A stretch of 64,000 nucleotides of DNA from a bacterium (GTDB lineage Bacteria > UBA8248). This document shows, in pieces, positions 20,381 through 30,035 of this stretch (position 1 is its first letter; every line of letters begins with the position of its first letter). Position numbers and translations under genes: made by a program. The notes beneath the pieces are model-generated. The model saw nothing but the letters and a program-made list of their open reading frames with translations. It made no database searches and had not been told where the DNA came from. The DNA lies in contig OZ242260.1 in assembly GCA_965207065.1 (NCBI GenBank), positions 512,001-576,000 on the forward strand, written 5' to 3'.

Positions 20381-21630
20381 ATTCCAGGGAGCCGAAAGAC
20401 CTCTCCATCCTCATCCATTACGACGAGATTGGACTCAAGGGGAAAAACCGCCCGCTTTTCATCGAGCGCCTCTCCCGGAGGATAGAGCGCGCGGCGTCTC
20501 TGTATTGCGAGGCGAAAGTCAAAAAAAGAACGGGGAGGCTGGTTCTGGAAACGAGCGGACTGAAAGCGCCCGACGACCTGATCGAAGCGCTTCGCAAAGT
20601 ATTCGGGGTCGCATATTTCGCCCGGGCGCAATGCGTTCCGCTCGACCTCGAGGCGGCGGCGAATACGGCGCTCGAAATGATCGCTCCCCTGAAAACCCAA
20701 AGTTTCCGGGTTCGGACCCGGAAATCGTTCCCGACCACGCCGGTCAGCACGAGGGAGTGGGACAGAGCCATCGGCGCCAGGATCCAGGCCAGAAGGCACC
20801 TGCCGGTCGACCTGGAGCGTCCGGGGCTTACGGTGCACGTCGAAGTCATCCCCAGGGAAGCCTGGGTGTACGCGGAGAAAATTCGGGGTCCGGGCGGCCT
20901 GCCCGTCGGCTCGGTCGGGAGGGTAGCGGCGCTGCTGTCCGGCGGCATCGACTCGCCGCTGGCCGCCTGGCGCATCATGAAGCGCGGCTGCGAGGTGGTG
21001 TTCATCCATTTTCACGGCGCGCCCTACTTGAGCCGCGCGTCCGCCGATAAAGCGGAGGACCTGGCCCACGTGCTGAACGGCTACCAGTCGGGCAGCAGGC
21101 TCTATATGGTCCCGTTCGGCAACCTGCAAAAAGAGATCGTTCTCGCCACAAAACCCGAATACCGCGTCGTGCTCTACCGCCGGTTCATGATGCGCATCGG
21201 GGAGCATATCGCCGGGCTGGAGAACGCGCGCGCCCTGGTCACCGGAGAGAGCCTGGGCCAGGTGGCGAGCCAGACGCTCCAGAACCTGGCCGCGATAGAA
21301 GAAGCGGTGCGGATGCCGATCCTGAGGCCCCTGATCGGCATGGACAAGGACGAGATTATCGACGGGGCGAAAAGGCTCGGCACGTTCGATATTTCCATCG
21401 AGCCCGACCAGGACTGCTGCTCGCTGTTCGTGCCGAAACACCCCGCCATCCGCTCGCACGCGGGGCACCTGCGGGGGCTGGAATCCCGCTTGCCCGTGCA
21501 GGAGATGATCGACAAGGTGATCCACGAAACCGAGATCATCGATTTCGACGCCGGGGGCCGTACCAGGAATTTCTCTTTCGGCGAAATCCATCCCGCCGAA
21601 GAGGATGCGGCCATCGTGCCGAATGCGTAG
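20377..21630 (+). CDS. thiI: tRNA 4-thiouridine synthase ThiI (short form, no rhodanese domain)
   Basis: YDEIGLKGKNR, THUMP domain, LLSGGIDSP, TGESLGQVASQT, RPL, DCC; GTG start overlaps upstream TGA. Confidence 0.93.
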   Translation: MNSREPKDLSILIHYDEIGLKGKNRPLFIERLSRRIERAASLYCEAKVKKRTGRLVLETSGLKAPDDLIEALRKVFGVAYFARAQCVPLDLEAAANTALEMIAPLKTQSFRVRTRKSFPTTPVSTREWDRAIGARIQARRHLPVDLERPGLTVHVEVIPREAWVYAEKIRGPGGLPVGSVGRVAALLSGGIDSPLAAWRIMKRGCEVVFIHFHGAPYLSRASADKAEDLAHVLNGYQSGSRLYMVPFGNLQKEIVLATKPEYRVVLYRRFMMRIGEHIAGLENARALVTGESLGQVASQTLQNLAAIEEAVRMPILRPLIGMDKDEIIDGAKRLGTFDISIEPDQDCCSLFVPKHPAIRSHAGHLRGLESRLPVQEMIDKVIHETEIIDFDAGGRTRNFSFGEIHPAEEDAAIVPNA

Positions 21631-21786
21631 GGGATCGGGCGGGTGCGGGGGCATCGGACAGGCACGGAGGCCTGTTCGCTAAAGTGAAGGCGGCGTTTGA
21701 TCGATATTTCGGCGAATGTTGTCGGCGACCGGCAGGTTGGCCGGAACCGATGAGGGTGGATAAATTGCGGCGTCCGTGCTCCCTGC

Positions 21787-21993
21787 CTACAATTCGGAAT
21801 CCTTGATGTCCGCCAGCTTCATGAGATGTCTCTGCAAGCCGCGTTTGAGCGATACGTCACCATGGACCGGCACCGAGATGCGGAAATCCGAACCCTGTTT
21901 CGCGTAAATGTGGTGGCTGCCGCGGGTGCGCGCCAGTTTCCAGCCTTTCGCTTCCAATATGCGGCAAAAGCGCTTTCCACTGACGATTTTCAC
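21787..21993 (-). CDS. hicA: HicA-family toxin
   Basis: 68 aa; L...GW...[16 protein letters not shown]. Confidence 0.85.
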   Translation of the reverse strand: MKIVSGKRFCRILEAKGWKLARTRGSHHIYAKQGSDFRISVPVHGDVSLKRGLQRHLMKLADIKDSEL

Positions 21994-22193
21994 ACGGCGA
22001 TCTCGACGACCCTGCCCTCGCCCGAAACGTCCACTTCCCGGACATCCACGGACAGGCATCCCTCTACCGCCTCGTAGAGATTACTCAACAACTCCTCGAA
22101 CGTATCTCCCTGCGTCGCACACCCGGGGACGGCCGGGACCTCGGCCCAAAATCCACCTTCTTCCGCCTCGTGAACGACTACCTTTAGTTTCAC
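21990..22193 (-). CDS. hicB: Short HicB-family antitoxin
   Basis: [32 protein letters not shown] overlap with hicA. Confidence 0.88.
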   Translation of the reverse strand: MKLKVVVHEAEEGGFWAEVPAVPGCATQGDTFEELLSNLYEAVEGCLSVDVREVDVSGEGRVVEIAV

Positions 22194-22504
22194 GATTTCC
22201 CCTCCCATCGCTCGACGTCGGGCAAATACAAATTTCTACCTTTAAGGCCCGACCCGCATGCGTTCGTCCGAACTTATGCTCCGGTTCTCCACGACGCTCA
22301 CTCAAGAACCGCCGATTCGCGCCTGCGTTCAAGTGTATCACAATGACGGCAATCTGAGGTTACGGGATCGGCAAAGACAGATCGCGACCTCGGACAACCA
22401 CTAGGGTCTCCGGACAGGCTACTGCCCTGTCCGGCTACGCATCTCTTGCGTTTCGCGACGAACCTGCTGAGCGCTTCGTGAAGCGTCCGATTCTCGTGCG
22501 AATA

Positions 22505-23035
22505 CTATTGGGCGGGGGGCGCCGAGGTGCGCCGGATGAGTTCCCTGAGCGCCTCCATGGATTCGCGGTGCTGTCCGCTTTGCGCCTCGCGCTGAGCGGT
22601 CAACTCCGTCATGGATTCGCGGTGCCGGTCTTTTTCCGCTTCACGCTGTTCGGCCAGCACCGCCATGTGTTCGCGGTGCCGGTCTTTTTCCACCTCGCGC
22701 TCTTCGGCCAGCGCCGCCATGTTCTCGCGGTGTCGGCTGTCGATCTCCGCCATGGATTCACGATGCCTGCGATCCATCGCCTCCATGGACTCTCGGTGCC
22801 GGTTTTCCAACGCCTCCATGGTTTCGCGGTGCTGGGCGTCTCGGTGACGCGCTGCCTGGCGCATGAAATAGAGGCCGTACGCGATCAGGGAGCATTGCGC
22901 GGCCCCGACGATGGCGGCGACCCACACGGAGGCCTGCTGCGCCGCGAGAGAAGCTTTCTGGATGGCGAGGGTGGCTTCCTGCAGCTTGAGGGCGGCTTGC
23001 TGGATTGCGAGGGTTGCGGTTTCGAATTCCGTCAT
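22505..23035 (-). CDS. Hypothetical single-TM coiled-coil protein with HRExM repeats (copy 2)
   Basis: Same N-terminus, TM and LRELIRRTSAP C-terminus as copy 1; seven H-x3-M modules. Confidence 0.8.
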   Translation of the reverse strand: MTEFETATLAIQQAALKLQEATLAIQKASLAAQQASVWVAAIVGAAQCSLIAYGLYFMRQAARHRDAQHRETMEALENRHRESMEAMDRRHRESMAEIDSRHRENMAALAEEREVEKDRHREHMAVLAEQREAEKDRHRESMTELTAQREAQSGQHRESMEALRELIRRTSAPPAQ

Positions 23036-23083
23036 TCGTTTTTCTCCCACCAAAGTGAAGTGGGTCCTCAAGCGTGTTCCCTG

Positions 23084-23113
23084 ACTCTAACGAGACGCCG
23101 CGCGCTTCGTCAA
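23084..23113 (-). promoter_or_regulatory. Sigma70-like promoter TTGACG-N18-TAGAGT for HRExM gene 2
   Basis: Matches 11982-12011. Confidence 0.6.
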
Positions 23114-23213
23114 GCCAATCGGGCGGACACATAGGTCCACCCCTGCAAGAAAAACCAACCCCCCTGTATCCCCCCTTGACAGGGGGGTAAAATCACAGCC
23201 CTCTTGATAGGGG
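23114..23213. repeat. ~100-bp composite REP repeat, left copy
   Basis: GCCAATCGGGCGGACACATAGGTCC...AAAACCAACCCCCCTGTATC...CCTTGACAGGGGGGTAAAATCACAGCCC recurs in the same orientation at 25742-25841. Confidence 0.85.
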
Positions 23214-23274
23214 TTGTTGAAAAAGTCCCGATTTCGCGACTCGTCCTATGTTACCGACAGACGAGAGAAGAGAA

Positions 23275-23440
23275 TCACTCCCCCCCTTGAGGGGGAGTCG
23301 ATGAAGCCGAGCGATATTTGCGAAGGCTGAATCGGTGGGGGGTAAAATGCGTTCTATTGCCATTCCGAATCATACCCCCCACCAGTTCACTTTCGGGCTT
23401 GCGCCCTCAGTTCACTGACTCCCCCTCAAGGGGGGAGTGA
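23275..23440. repeat. 166-bp palindromic element with ~24-bp terminal inverted repeats
   Basis: TCACTCCCCCCCTTGAGGGGGAGTC ... GACTCCCCCTCAAGGGGGGAGTGA, with inner GGTGGGGGGTA/TACCCCCCACC pair. Confidence 0.85.
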
Positions 23441-23463
23441 ACTTCAAAGGCGTTCGTCGAAGC

Positions 23464-25332
23464 CTATTCCGCAGCCGAATCGGACAGGGCATCCGGATCG
23501 GCCGCGTCCCCGCCCCCGCTCTCATGCACGCTGTCCCCGCGATGCAGCCGGCGGGCGATGGTCGCGGTCTGGTGCCTGGCACGCTGGGTCGGGGAATGCG
23601 CGGCGAGAAAGCGGGTCACGGCTATCAGAATGTGACCGCCTTCGGGCTCACCCGCCCACTCGCGGTACTGTTGCACGCCCGCCTCGTACATCTGGAACAT
23701 GTGGAAGCTCGCGTCCTCGCGCAGGAGCGCATGGCCGAGCGTCGCGATGATATCTGCGGGATCGTGGCCCTGGTTCAAATACCGAGCGACCAGCCGCGCC
23801 GCCGGCTGGACCTGCTGCTGGCGGTCCATCACATCGAGCAGGCCTCGACGGAGCGCCGTCGCGTCCCCGGGGAGTTGGGCCAACGCCGCAGGCTCCTCCT
23901 CCGGCAGTCGAGCCGGGGGCACATTGAGAAAGCGATTCGTATAGACCGCCATGGCGCCGTGGAACACGCCGCGTACAACGTTGCCATGGGCCTCGGGCGG
24001 CGCGGTGCCCTCCGCGGTGATACGCTTTAGAGCCTGATGCAATGCGTTTGCGTAGGTGAAGGCGTGAAGCGCCGCGTTCCAGTCGGAAAACTCGTTCGAG
24101 GTGCCGAAGCGCGCCACGCGGATCGCCGCCGCATAAGCGAGCGCGCGGGACAGGTCCGTCGGCCGGGCGCCAGCGACGATGGCGGCGTTGATGGCGGCGA
24201 TGATGGGCCCGGCCTCCTCGCCGAGGATTGCCCCGGCCAGCGCGCGGTGATCCCGCCAGACGCCCTTCGTCTTGCCCCCCTTCCTGAACAGCTCGGGAAG
24301 ATCGGCGAAGGCCGCCTCCAGGAGGGGCACCAGATCGAGCGGGTGGCGCCAGGCGTTCGCCTCCTCCTCGCCGCGCGCTGTCACCATGGTCTTGACCACC
24401 GTGGGCAGGATAGCCTCGGCGTGTCGCCAGCCGATGGTATCGAGGCACTCCATCGCCTTGTTGATGAAATCGAGGCTGTGGCCGCGATCGGCATAGTAGC
24501 GATCGGTCTGTGCGGTGATCAGGAGATCGGCGAGCTCCGCGGGCGTCGCACCGGCGGCGATCGCGGTCAGCACGGTGCGCTCCGCGCCGTCACGGTGACG
24601 CACCAGGGACCAGTGCCGGAGCCAGTCCCGCATGGTGTCCCGCGACGGCGCGGCATCGGCCAAGGGCTTGCGGTCGCGGCGCGGCATCTCGCCGGCACAG
24701 TCGCCGGCCACCTCGGAGATGCCCTTGAACAGCGCGAGATAGCGGTCGTCCTCATCGAGGCTCGGCAACACGTTCGCCAACGCGGCCAGAATCGTTGAAC
24801 CGGCACTCCAGTCGTCGCGATTCCGCGCGCCGAACAGGAAGGCATCGGCGAGGATATCGGCGCTCGCAACGGATTGATCGAGCAGGCCGAGCACCGCCTT
24901 CCCGGCCACCAGATCCAGGTCGTGCGCCATGGCGTCGCCGAGCCGCGTGCGCCAATAGTCGCCCTCGTCAGGATAACTGCAATCGGCCGCGACCCAGACC
25001 GCATCGCCTCTTACCTCGACCTTGGCCCTCGGCACATCGTCAGCCCACAGATCGAAGGTACAACCGCTCTCGAGATCGAAGCGGGCGTGATGCCAGTGGC
25101 AGGTGAGGATGCCGTTCTCCACCGACCCCCGTTGGAGCGGGAAGCCAAGATGGGGACAGCGGTTGTCGAGCGCGTGAAGGCAGCCCTGCTCATACACCAC
25201 AAGGATGGGATGGCGCCGGCCGCTCACCACTTTCATGCGCTTGCGTTTCAGCTCATCCAGCATGCCGACACGTATGAAATCGCCTGCCTTTATCGACTCG
25301 TGGCTGGATTTTGGCTTGCGTTCCATCATCAT
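23464..25332 (-). CDS. Rieske [2Fe-2S] domain protein with large helical C-terminal region
   Basis: NRCPHLGFPL...TCHWHHARFD Rieske motif near the N-terminus. Confidence 0.88.
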   Translation of the reverse strand: MMMERKPKSSHESIKAGDFIRVGMLDELKRKRMKVVSGRRHPILVVYEQGCLHALDNRCPHLGFPLQRGSVENGILTCHWHHARFDLESGCTFDLWADDVPRAKVEVRGDAVWVAADCSYPDEGDYWRTRLGDAMAHDLDLVAGKAVLGLLDQSVASADILADAFLFGARNRDDWSAGSTILAALANVLPSLDEDDRYLALFKGISEVAGDCAGEMPRRDRKPLADAAPSRDTMRDWLRHWSLVRHRDGAERTVLTAIAAGATPAELADLLITAQTDRYYADRGHSLDFINKAMECLDTIGWRHAEAILPTVVKTMVTARGEEEANAWRHPLDLVPLLEAAFADLPELFRKGGKTKGVWRDHRALAGAILGEEAGPIIAAINAAIVAGARPTDLSRALAYAAAIRVARFGTSNEFSDWNAALHAFTYANALHQALKRITAEGTAPPEAHGNVVRGVFHGAMAVYTNRFLNVPPARLPEEEPAALAQLPGDATALRRGLLDVMDRQQQVQPAARLVARYLNQGHDPADIIATLGHALLREDASFHMFQMYEAGVQQYREWAGEPEGGHILIAVTRFLAAHSPTQRARHQTATIARRLHRGDSVHESGGGDAADPDALSDSAAE

Positions 25333-25741
25333 CCCTCCTTTCCGCGCGGGGCCTCGAACGTCCGCATCACTCTACCGGTGGAACAGCTCCTCAGCAAGAA
25401 CAAGTCCTTCAGACTATCCGCTCAGGGATGGTTTGCGCGCGGACTGAGGAGGCGGCGCGGACGGCGAGCATGGCAGAGGCGAACCCGACACCGTTGTGAA
25501 ATAGCGTTTTCTCTACAAGTGCGAGGGTGATTGGAGCGATGGCGCGGAGAGGGCTGCTGAGGAATCCGCCTCGATTTACAAGTGATCCATGGCCCGAAAA
25601 CCGGCGTTTTTCCAAGGCTATTCGTAATTATTTCTGTCCCAATTCGCAATTATTTCCGGCCGGCTACAGCGAAACACCAAAGGCAAAATCACATGGATTC
25701 CGGCTTTCGCCGGAATGACGGTGGTTTATCTCGGGCGAAGA

Positions 25742-25841
25742 GCCAACCGGGCGGACACAAAGGTCCGCCCGTACGAGAAAACCAACCCCCCTGTATCTCC
25801 CCTTGACAGGGGGGTAAAATCACAGCCCCCCCAATAAGGGG
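25742..25841. repeat. ~100-bp composite REP repeat, right copy
   Basis: Direct repeat of 23114-23213. Confidence 0.85.
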
Positions 25842-25901
25842 GTAGGGGTTATTCTTTTGCCGTCGGGCATGCGGGCAATGCGAAAACAGGAAACACAGCC
25901 C

Positions 25902-26303
25902 CTACCCGGCCTGTTCCCGCTCCATGTCCGCCGCGAGGTCGCTTTGCTCGACGAAATGCGTGTCCGGGTGGAGGTAGCCCGCGAAGTTGTCCAGCCGTAT
26001 GGGGCCTGCGGCCTCGAAGGCCACCGTGTCTTCCAAGTAGTCCGCCTGGTGCTCGGTGTGCGGCGGCACGTACCAGACATCGCCCGGCTTCAACACCGCC
26101 ACCGGGTCGTCTCCACACTGTACGCGGGCGGAGCCGCTGATGAGGCAGAAAATCTGCTCCGCCTCGTGGTGGTGTCTGCGCGTGGAATTCCCGCCTTTCG
26201 CGTGGATGTAGCTGATCATGCAGTGCTTCCCGCTCACGAGGCCCACTTCCACCCCCGGGAACGGCACCTTGACAGGCAGTTCGTCCCAATTTGTCACAGG
26301 CAT
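25902..26303 (-). CDS. Cupin domain protein
   Basis: HHHEAEQ...G, PGDVWYVPPHTEH; AAGGAG RBS. Confidence 0.88.
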   Translation of the reverse strand: MPVTNWDELPVKVPFPGVEVGLVSGKHCMISYIHAKGGNSTRRHHHEAEQIFCLISGSARVQCGDDPVAVLKPGDVWYVPPHTEHQADYLEDTVAFEAAGPIRLDNFAGYLHPDTHFVEQSDLAADMEREQAG

Positions 26304-26396
26304 TTTCGTCTCCTTCATTGTCAAGAACAAAGAAATTGCGGCGTCTTGAACGTCACGGAATTGTTAAAAAGTCTCTCTCCCGAGGAGGGAGGGAAT

Positions 26397-26496
26397 CCCG
26401 ATCATCGAACTGTTCAACGTAGGGACAGGCCTCCGTGCCTGTCCTGACGAAGGACAACCAAGGAAGGCAGGCCAACCACGGAGGGTTGTCCCTACA
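26397..26496. repeat. GTAGGGACAGG-type REP doublet
   Basis: CCCGATCATCGAACTGTTCAACGTAGGGACAGG...CCTGTCC ... GTTGTCCCTACA; homologous to 11265-11316. Confidence 0.75.
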
Positions 26497-26522
26497 AAAC
26501 CATTGCGCCCTCCTGCACTAAC

Positions 26523-27431
26523 CTAGACCTCCTGCAGCCTCCTGACGGCTTCGGCGGGCAGGGATTCGCCGCATGCGGCGTTCTGCTCGGATTGTTCGGG
26601 CGTCCGGATGCCCGGAATCACGCAGCTCACATTCTCGTTCGAGACGCAGAACCGGATGGCCGCCTGTGCCGCCGAGATTCCGAGATTCGCCGCCACCTCG
26701 CGCGTGCGGCTGAGCTGGGTCTGGAACTTGCGGATGTTCTCGGGCGAGAGGATACCCTTTCGCCGGTCGCCTTCGGCGAACTCGAACGCCTCGTCGATGC
26801 GGCCCGAGAGAAAGCCCCGCTTCAGGGGAACGCGGGAGATCACGCCCACGTCCGCCTCTTTCGCGCGGGCGAAGGCGGGCGCCGCCTCCTGGCTGATGAC
26901 GTTGTATTCCATTTGCATGGTGGAGGGCTTGTCCTGATCCGCGGCCAGGTTGCATTCCTCCACCGTGTTTATCGAGACGCCCCAGTGCCTGATCTTGCCG
27001 TCGTCCCTGGCCTTCTCCAGCAGCGCGTAGCTGTCCTCGGCCGCCATGTTGTCGACGGTGGGGTTGTGGAGCTGGTAGTAGTCGATGACGTCCATCCCGA
27101 GGCGCTTCAAGCTCCCCTCCAGACAGCCCCCGATATACTCGGGCGTGAAATTGCGCGAGCCCGTCGACATGTCGTTTCCGCCCTTGGTGAAAATGAGGAT
27201 GTCGCCGCGGTCCGTGCGCTCGGTGAGGAACTTGCCGATGACGGTCTCGCTGTGGCCGGCGCCGTAGGCGTCAGACGTGTCGATGAAGTTCATGCCTGAA
27301 TCGACCGCGGCGTGCAGGGCGCGGTTGCTCTCCCCGTCGTCCACGGGGCCGAACACGCCGCCGATGGTCATGGCGCCGAAGCCGATGACGGTTACCTCCA
27401 GACCCGTACGTCCGAGTGTTCTTTTTTCCAT
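26523..27431 (-). CDS. Aldo/keto reductase
   Basis: R.LGRTGL.V, FIDTSDAYGAGHSE, TKGG, SLKRL..DVIDYYQLH, GKIR. Confidence 0.92.
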   Translation of the reverse strand: MEKRTLGRTGLEVTVIGFGAMTIGGVFGPVDDGESNRALHAAVDSGMNFIDTSDAYGAGHSETVIGKFLTERTDRGDILIFTKGGNDMSTGSRNFTPEYIGGCLEGSLKRLGMDVIDYYQLHNPTVDNMAAEDSYALLEKARDDGKIRHWGVSINTVEECNLAADQDKPSTMQMEYNVISQEAAPAFARAKEADVGVISRVPLKRGFLSGRIDEAFEFAEGDRRKGILSPENIRKFQTQLSRTREVAANLGISAAQAAIRFCVSNENVSCVIPGIRTPEQSEQNAACGESLPAEAVRRLQEV

Positions 27432-27619
27432 TTTTTTCTCCATCATTAGAAGGTAAAATTTCAACAATCCGGCGGGCTATTTCAGAAAACCCTGAACCGC
27501 TTCCGGAAAACAGTGATTGTGCGGATGTGCGCGAAGCGGCGGTATCATAGCTTTCCTGCCGCGGGATACGCAATCGAATTTGCGTATAAGGCGCGGGGAC
27601 TGTTGGGGCAGGCGCGGGG

Positions 27620-27915
27620 GTTTCGGACAGGTCGCGGCCCCGGACAGGCGCAGGGGCCTGTCCGCTACTACGGGAAACCGCGTGTATTGAAACAAACCCG
27701 TAGCAGGGCGGTCTCCAATGACCGCCCTGCCCCCCGTGGCCGCCCAATTGGCCGGTAAAACGGGCGGACACATAGGTCCGCCCCTACAATCGATTCTATG
27801 ATCGGATGCGCGAAGCGGGACAGGCGGGGGAACCGGACATGTTCGGGGGTATCGGACAGGCGCGGGGGCCGGGCGGACGCAGGGGACTCGGACAGGTCAC
27901 GACCTGTCCCTACGG
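27620..27915. repeat. Cluster of REP-like hairpins (GGACAGG...CCTGTCC; GGGCGGACACATAGGTCCGCCCCTAC)
   Basis: At least four hairpins plus isolated GGACAGG half-sites. Confidence 0.7.
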
Positions 27916-28667
27916 AAGCAATCACACCTTCCCGATACCGGGACGCAATTGCCCGCATTTGCCGTATTCCGGGAAAACCGGGGCTGCGCTATCGTGCGCG
28001 CTGCGCGGGAAAACGCCGAACTCTCCCTCATCGGTCGAGTCCGGTCCCACTTTGGATAGAAGCGAAACGAAAGGATGCGAGGGGTTTGCATGGAATCGAA
28101 CCAGGGGTTACGTGCGATGGCGGCGGTTTCTTCCCCGCCCGTCGAAATGGAAACGAAAGAACGCACCTCTCAAGAATTCGCAAAGGGGGCACCCTCGCCT
28201 ATCGCGCGGATGCGGCGGAGGGTCGCGCATCATCCGGGAATCGCGCACGCCTCCCTCGCGGGTTCTCCTGCCCCGATCGGAGTCGACTCCCGCTCGCCGG
28301 CCGGGTTCCGCCGTCCAAAGGAAATGGGCCGCGCCCAATAAGGGAAGGACGGCGCGGAAATGAAAATAATCTTATTTCCCGTAAATATCGATAAATTCAC
28401 GGGGTTTTTCGATAATTTCCTGAAAGGCGCCTGCCTCGCAACTGATTGTAATCATACAGGTTATCAATAATTTCTGAGTGATGTTCCCTCAAATTTAGGG
28501 ATAATAAAAGTTTTCAGGCTCCCCCGCATTTCCCCGCAACTGCCCGCATCTGTGCCCGCGGCATACATGGCCGCGCGACCCCCATGCCCCCGTATACGAA
28601 ACGCCCCGCCTCGGCTATAATCGCCCCATCCGATCAACAGTATCCGCATCACCATGTGGAGGAAGAC

Positions 28668-29990
28668 ATGGACGACCTCAGACAAAAAGCCGTCGACTAT
28701 CTCGACGCCCAGACGGGCGAAGCGCGTGAAATCGCCCGTGAAATATGGAACTTCGCGGAAATCGCCTTGGAGGAATTCAAGTCCGCCGAACTGCTCGAGG
28801 ACGTGCTCGAGCAGAACGGGTTCGAGGTGCAGCGCGGCGTGGGCGACCTGCCCACAGCCTTCATCGCCAAGTGGGGCGAGGGCGGCCCCGCCGTTGGGAT
28901 TCTGGGCGAATACGACGCGCTCCCCCACTGCGGGGATTCCCACGAGAAACAGGGCCACGGCTGCGGGCACAACCTCTTCGGCACGGCGAGTTCCTACGCG
29001 GCGATTGCGGCGGCGCGCGCGCTGCGCGAATCTGGAACAAAAGGCCAGGTCGTCTGCTACGGCTGTCCGGCGGAGGAAACCTTGGAGGGCAAGGTGTACA
29101 TGGCGCGCGACGGCGCGTTCGACGGCCTCGACGCCGCCGTCACCTGGCACCCCGGGGACAAGAGCTTCACCCGGGGCGGCAGCACGAACGCGATGGATTC
29201 CATCGTCTTCGAGTTTTACGGCGAGACCGCCCACTCGGCCCGCGACCCCTGGAACGGCAGGAGCGCGCTCGACGGCGTGGAAATCATGAACTACGGCGTC
29301 AACATGATGCGCGAGCACGTTATCGAGCCGGTCAAGATTCACTACGTGATCACCGACGGCGGGGTGGCCCCCAACGTCGTGCCCTCCTATTCGCGCGTGT
29401 GGTACTACGTGCGGGCGCCCAAACGGGCGATGGTCAACGAACTGAGCGAGCGCGTAAGAAACTGCGCGAAAGCGGGCGCACTTGCGTCGGGCACCACGAT
29501 GAAGGAAACCCTCCTCACCGCCGTGTACGAGAATCTCCCCAACAACGCCCTCGCCAATTGTGTGCAGCGAAACCTCGAATTCGTGGGCGCGCATACATAT
29601 ACCGACGATGCGAAGGAATTCGCCCGGAAACTGGGCTACGAGACACCGCTGTCGGAAGAAGTCTCTCCCCTCGACCCGGCGGATATCCGCCCGAGCAACG
29701 AGCGCGGCAACGTGAGCTGGCTCACTCCCCTGGGCAACCTGATGACGACCTGCCACGCGCCCGGAACACCGGGGCATTCATGGCTCGCCACCCAGCAATA
29801 CGGCATGGAAATCGGAGAAAAGGGCATGATGACATCCGCCAAGACCATGGCGTGCACAGTGCTCGAACTCATCAGCAATGAGAACGTGCTGAAGCAGGTG
29901 CGAGAGGAGTTTGAAGAAAAGACGAGAGGCTTCACCTACGACCCCCTCATTCCCGAGGGACAAAAACCCAACCCCCTGGGCATGAGGTAG
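28668..29990 (+). CDS. M20 amidohydrolase (AbgB-like)
   Basis: LGEYDALP, GHGCGHNLFG, GCPAEE, WHP, GRSALD. Confidence 0.9.
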   Translation: MDDLRQKAVDYLDAQTGEAREIAREIWNFAEIALEEFKSAELLEDVLEQNGFEVQRGVGDLPTAFIAKWGEGGPAVGILGEYDALPHCGDSHEKQGHGCGHNLFGTASSYAAIAAARALRESGTKGQVVCYGCPAEETLEGKVYMARDGAFDGLDAAVTWHPGDKSFTRGGSTNAMDSIVFEFYGETAHSARDPWNGRSALDGVEIMNYGVNMMREHVIEPVKIHYVITDGGVAPNVVPSYSRVWYYVRAPKRAMVNELSERVRNCAKAGALASGTTMKETLLTAVYENLPNNALANCVQRNLEFVGAHTYTDDAKEFARKLGYETPLSEEVSPLDPADIRPSNERGNVSWLTPLGNLMTTCHAPGTPGHSWLATQQYGMEIGEKGMMTSAKTMACTVLELISNENVLKQVREEFEEKTRGFTYDPLIPEGQKPNPLGMR

Positions 29991-30035
29991 AAATTATCCA
30001 CGAAACACGCACAGCACGAACCAGAGGAGCAGACT

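Noticed and set aside
5155-27915. Recurrent palindromes as a CRISPR array
   Set aside because: No regular repeat-spacer period, several unrelated families in inverted doublets, no cas genes.
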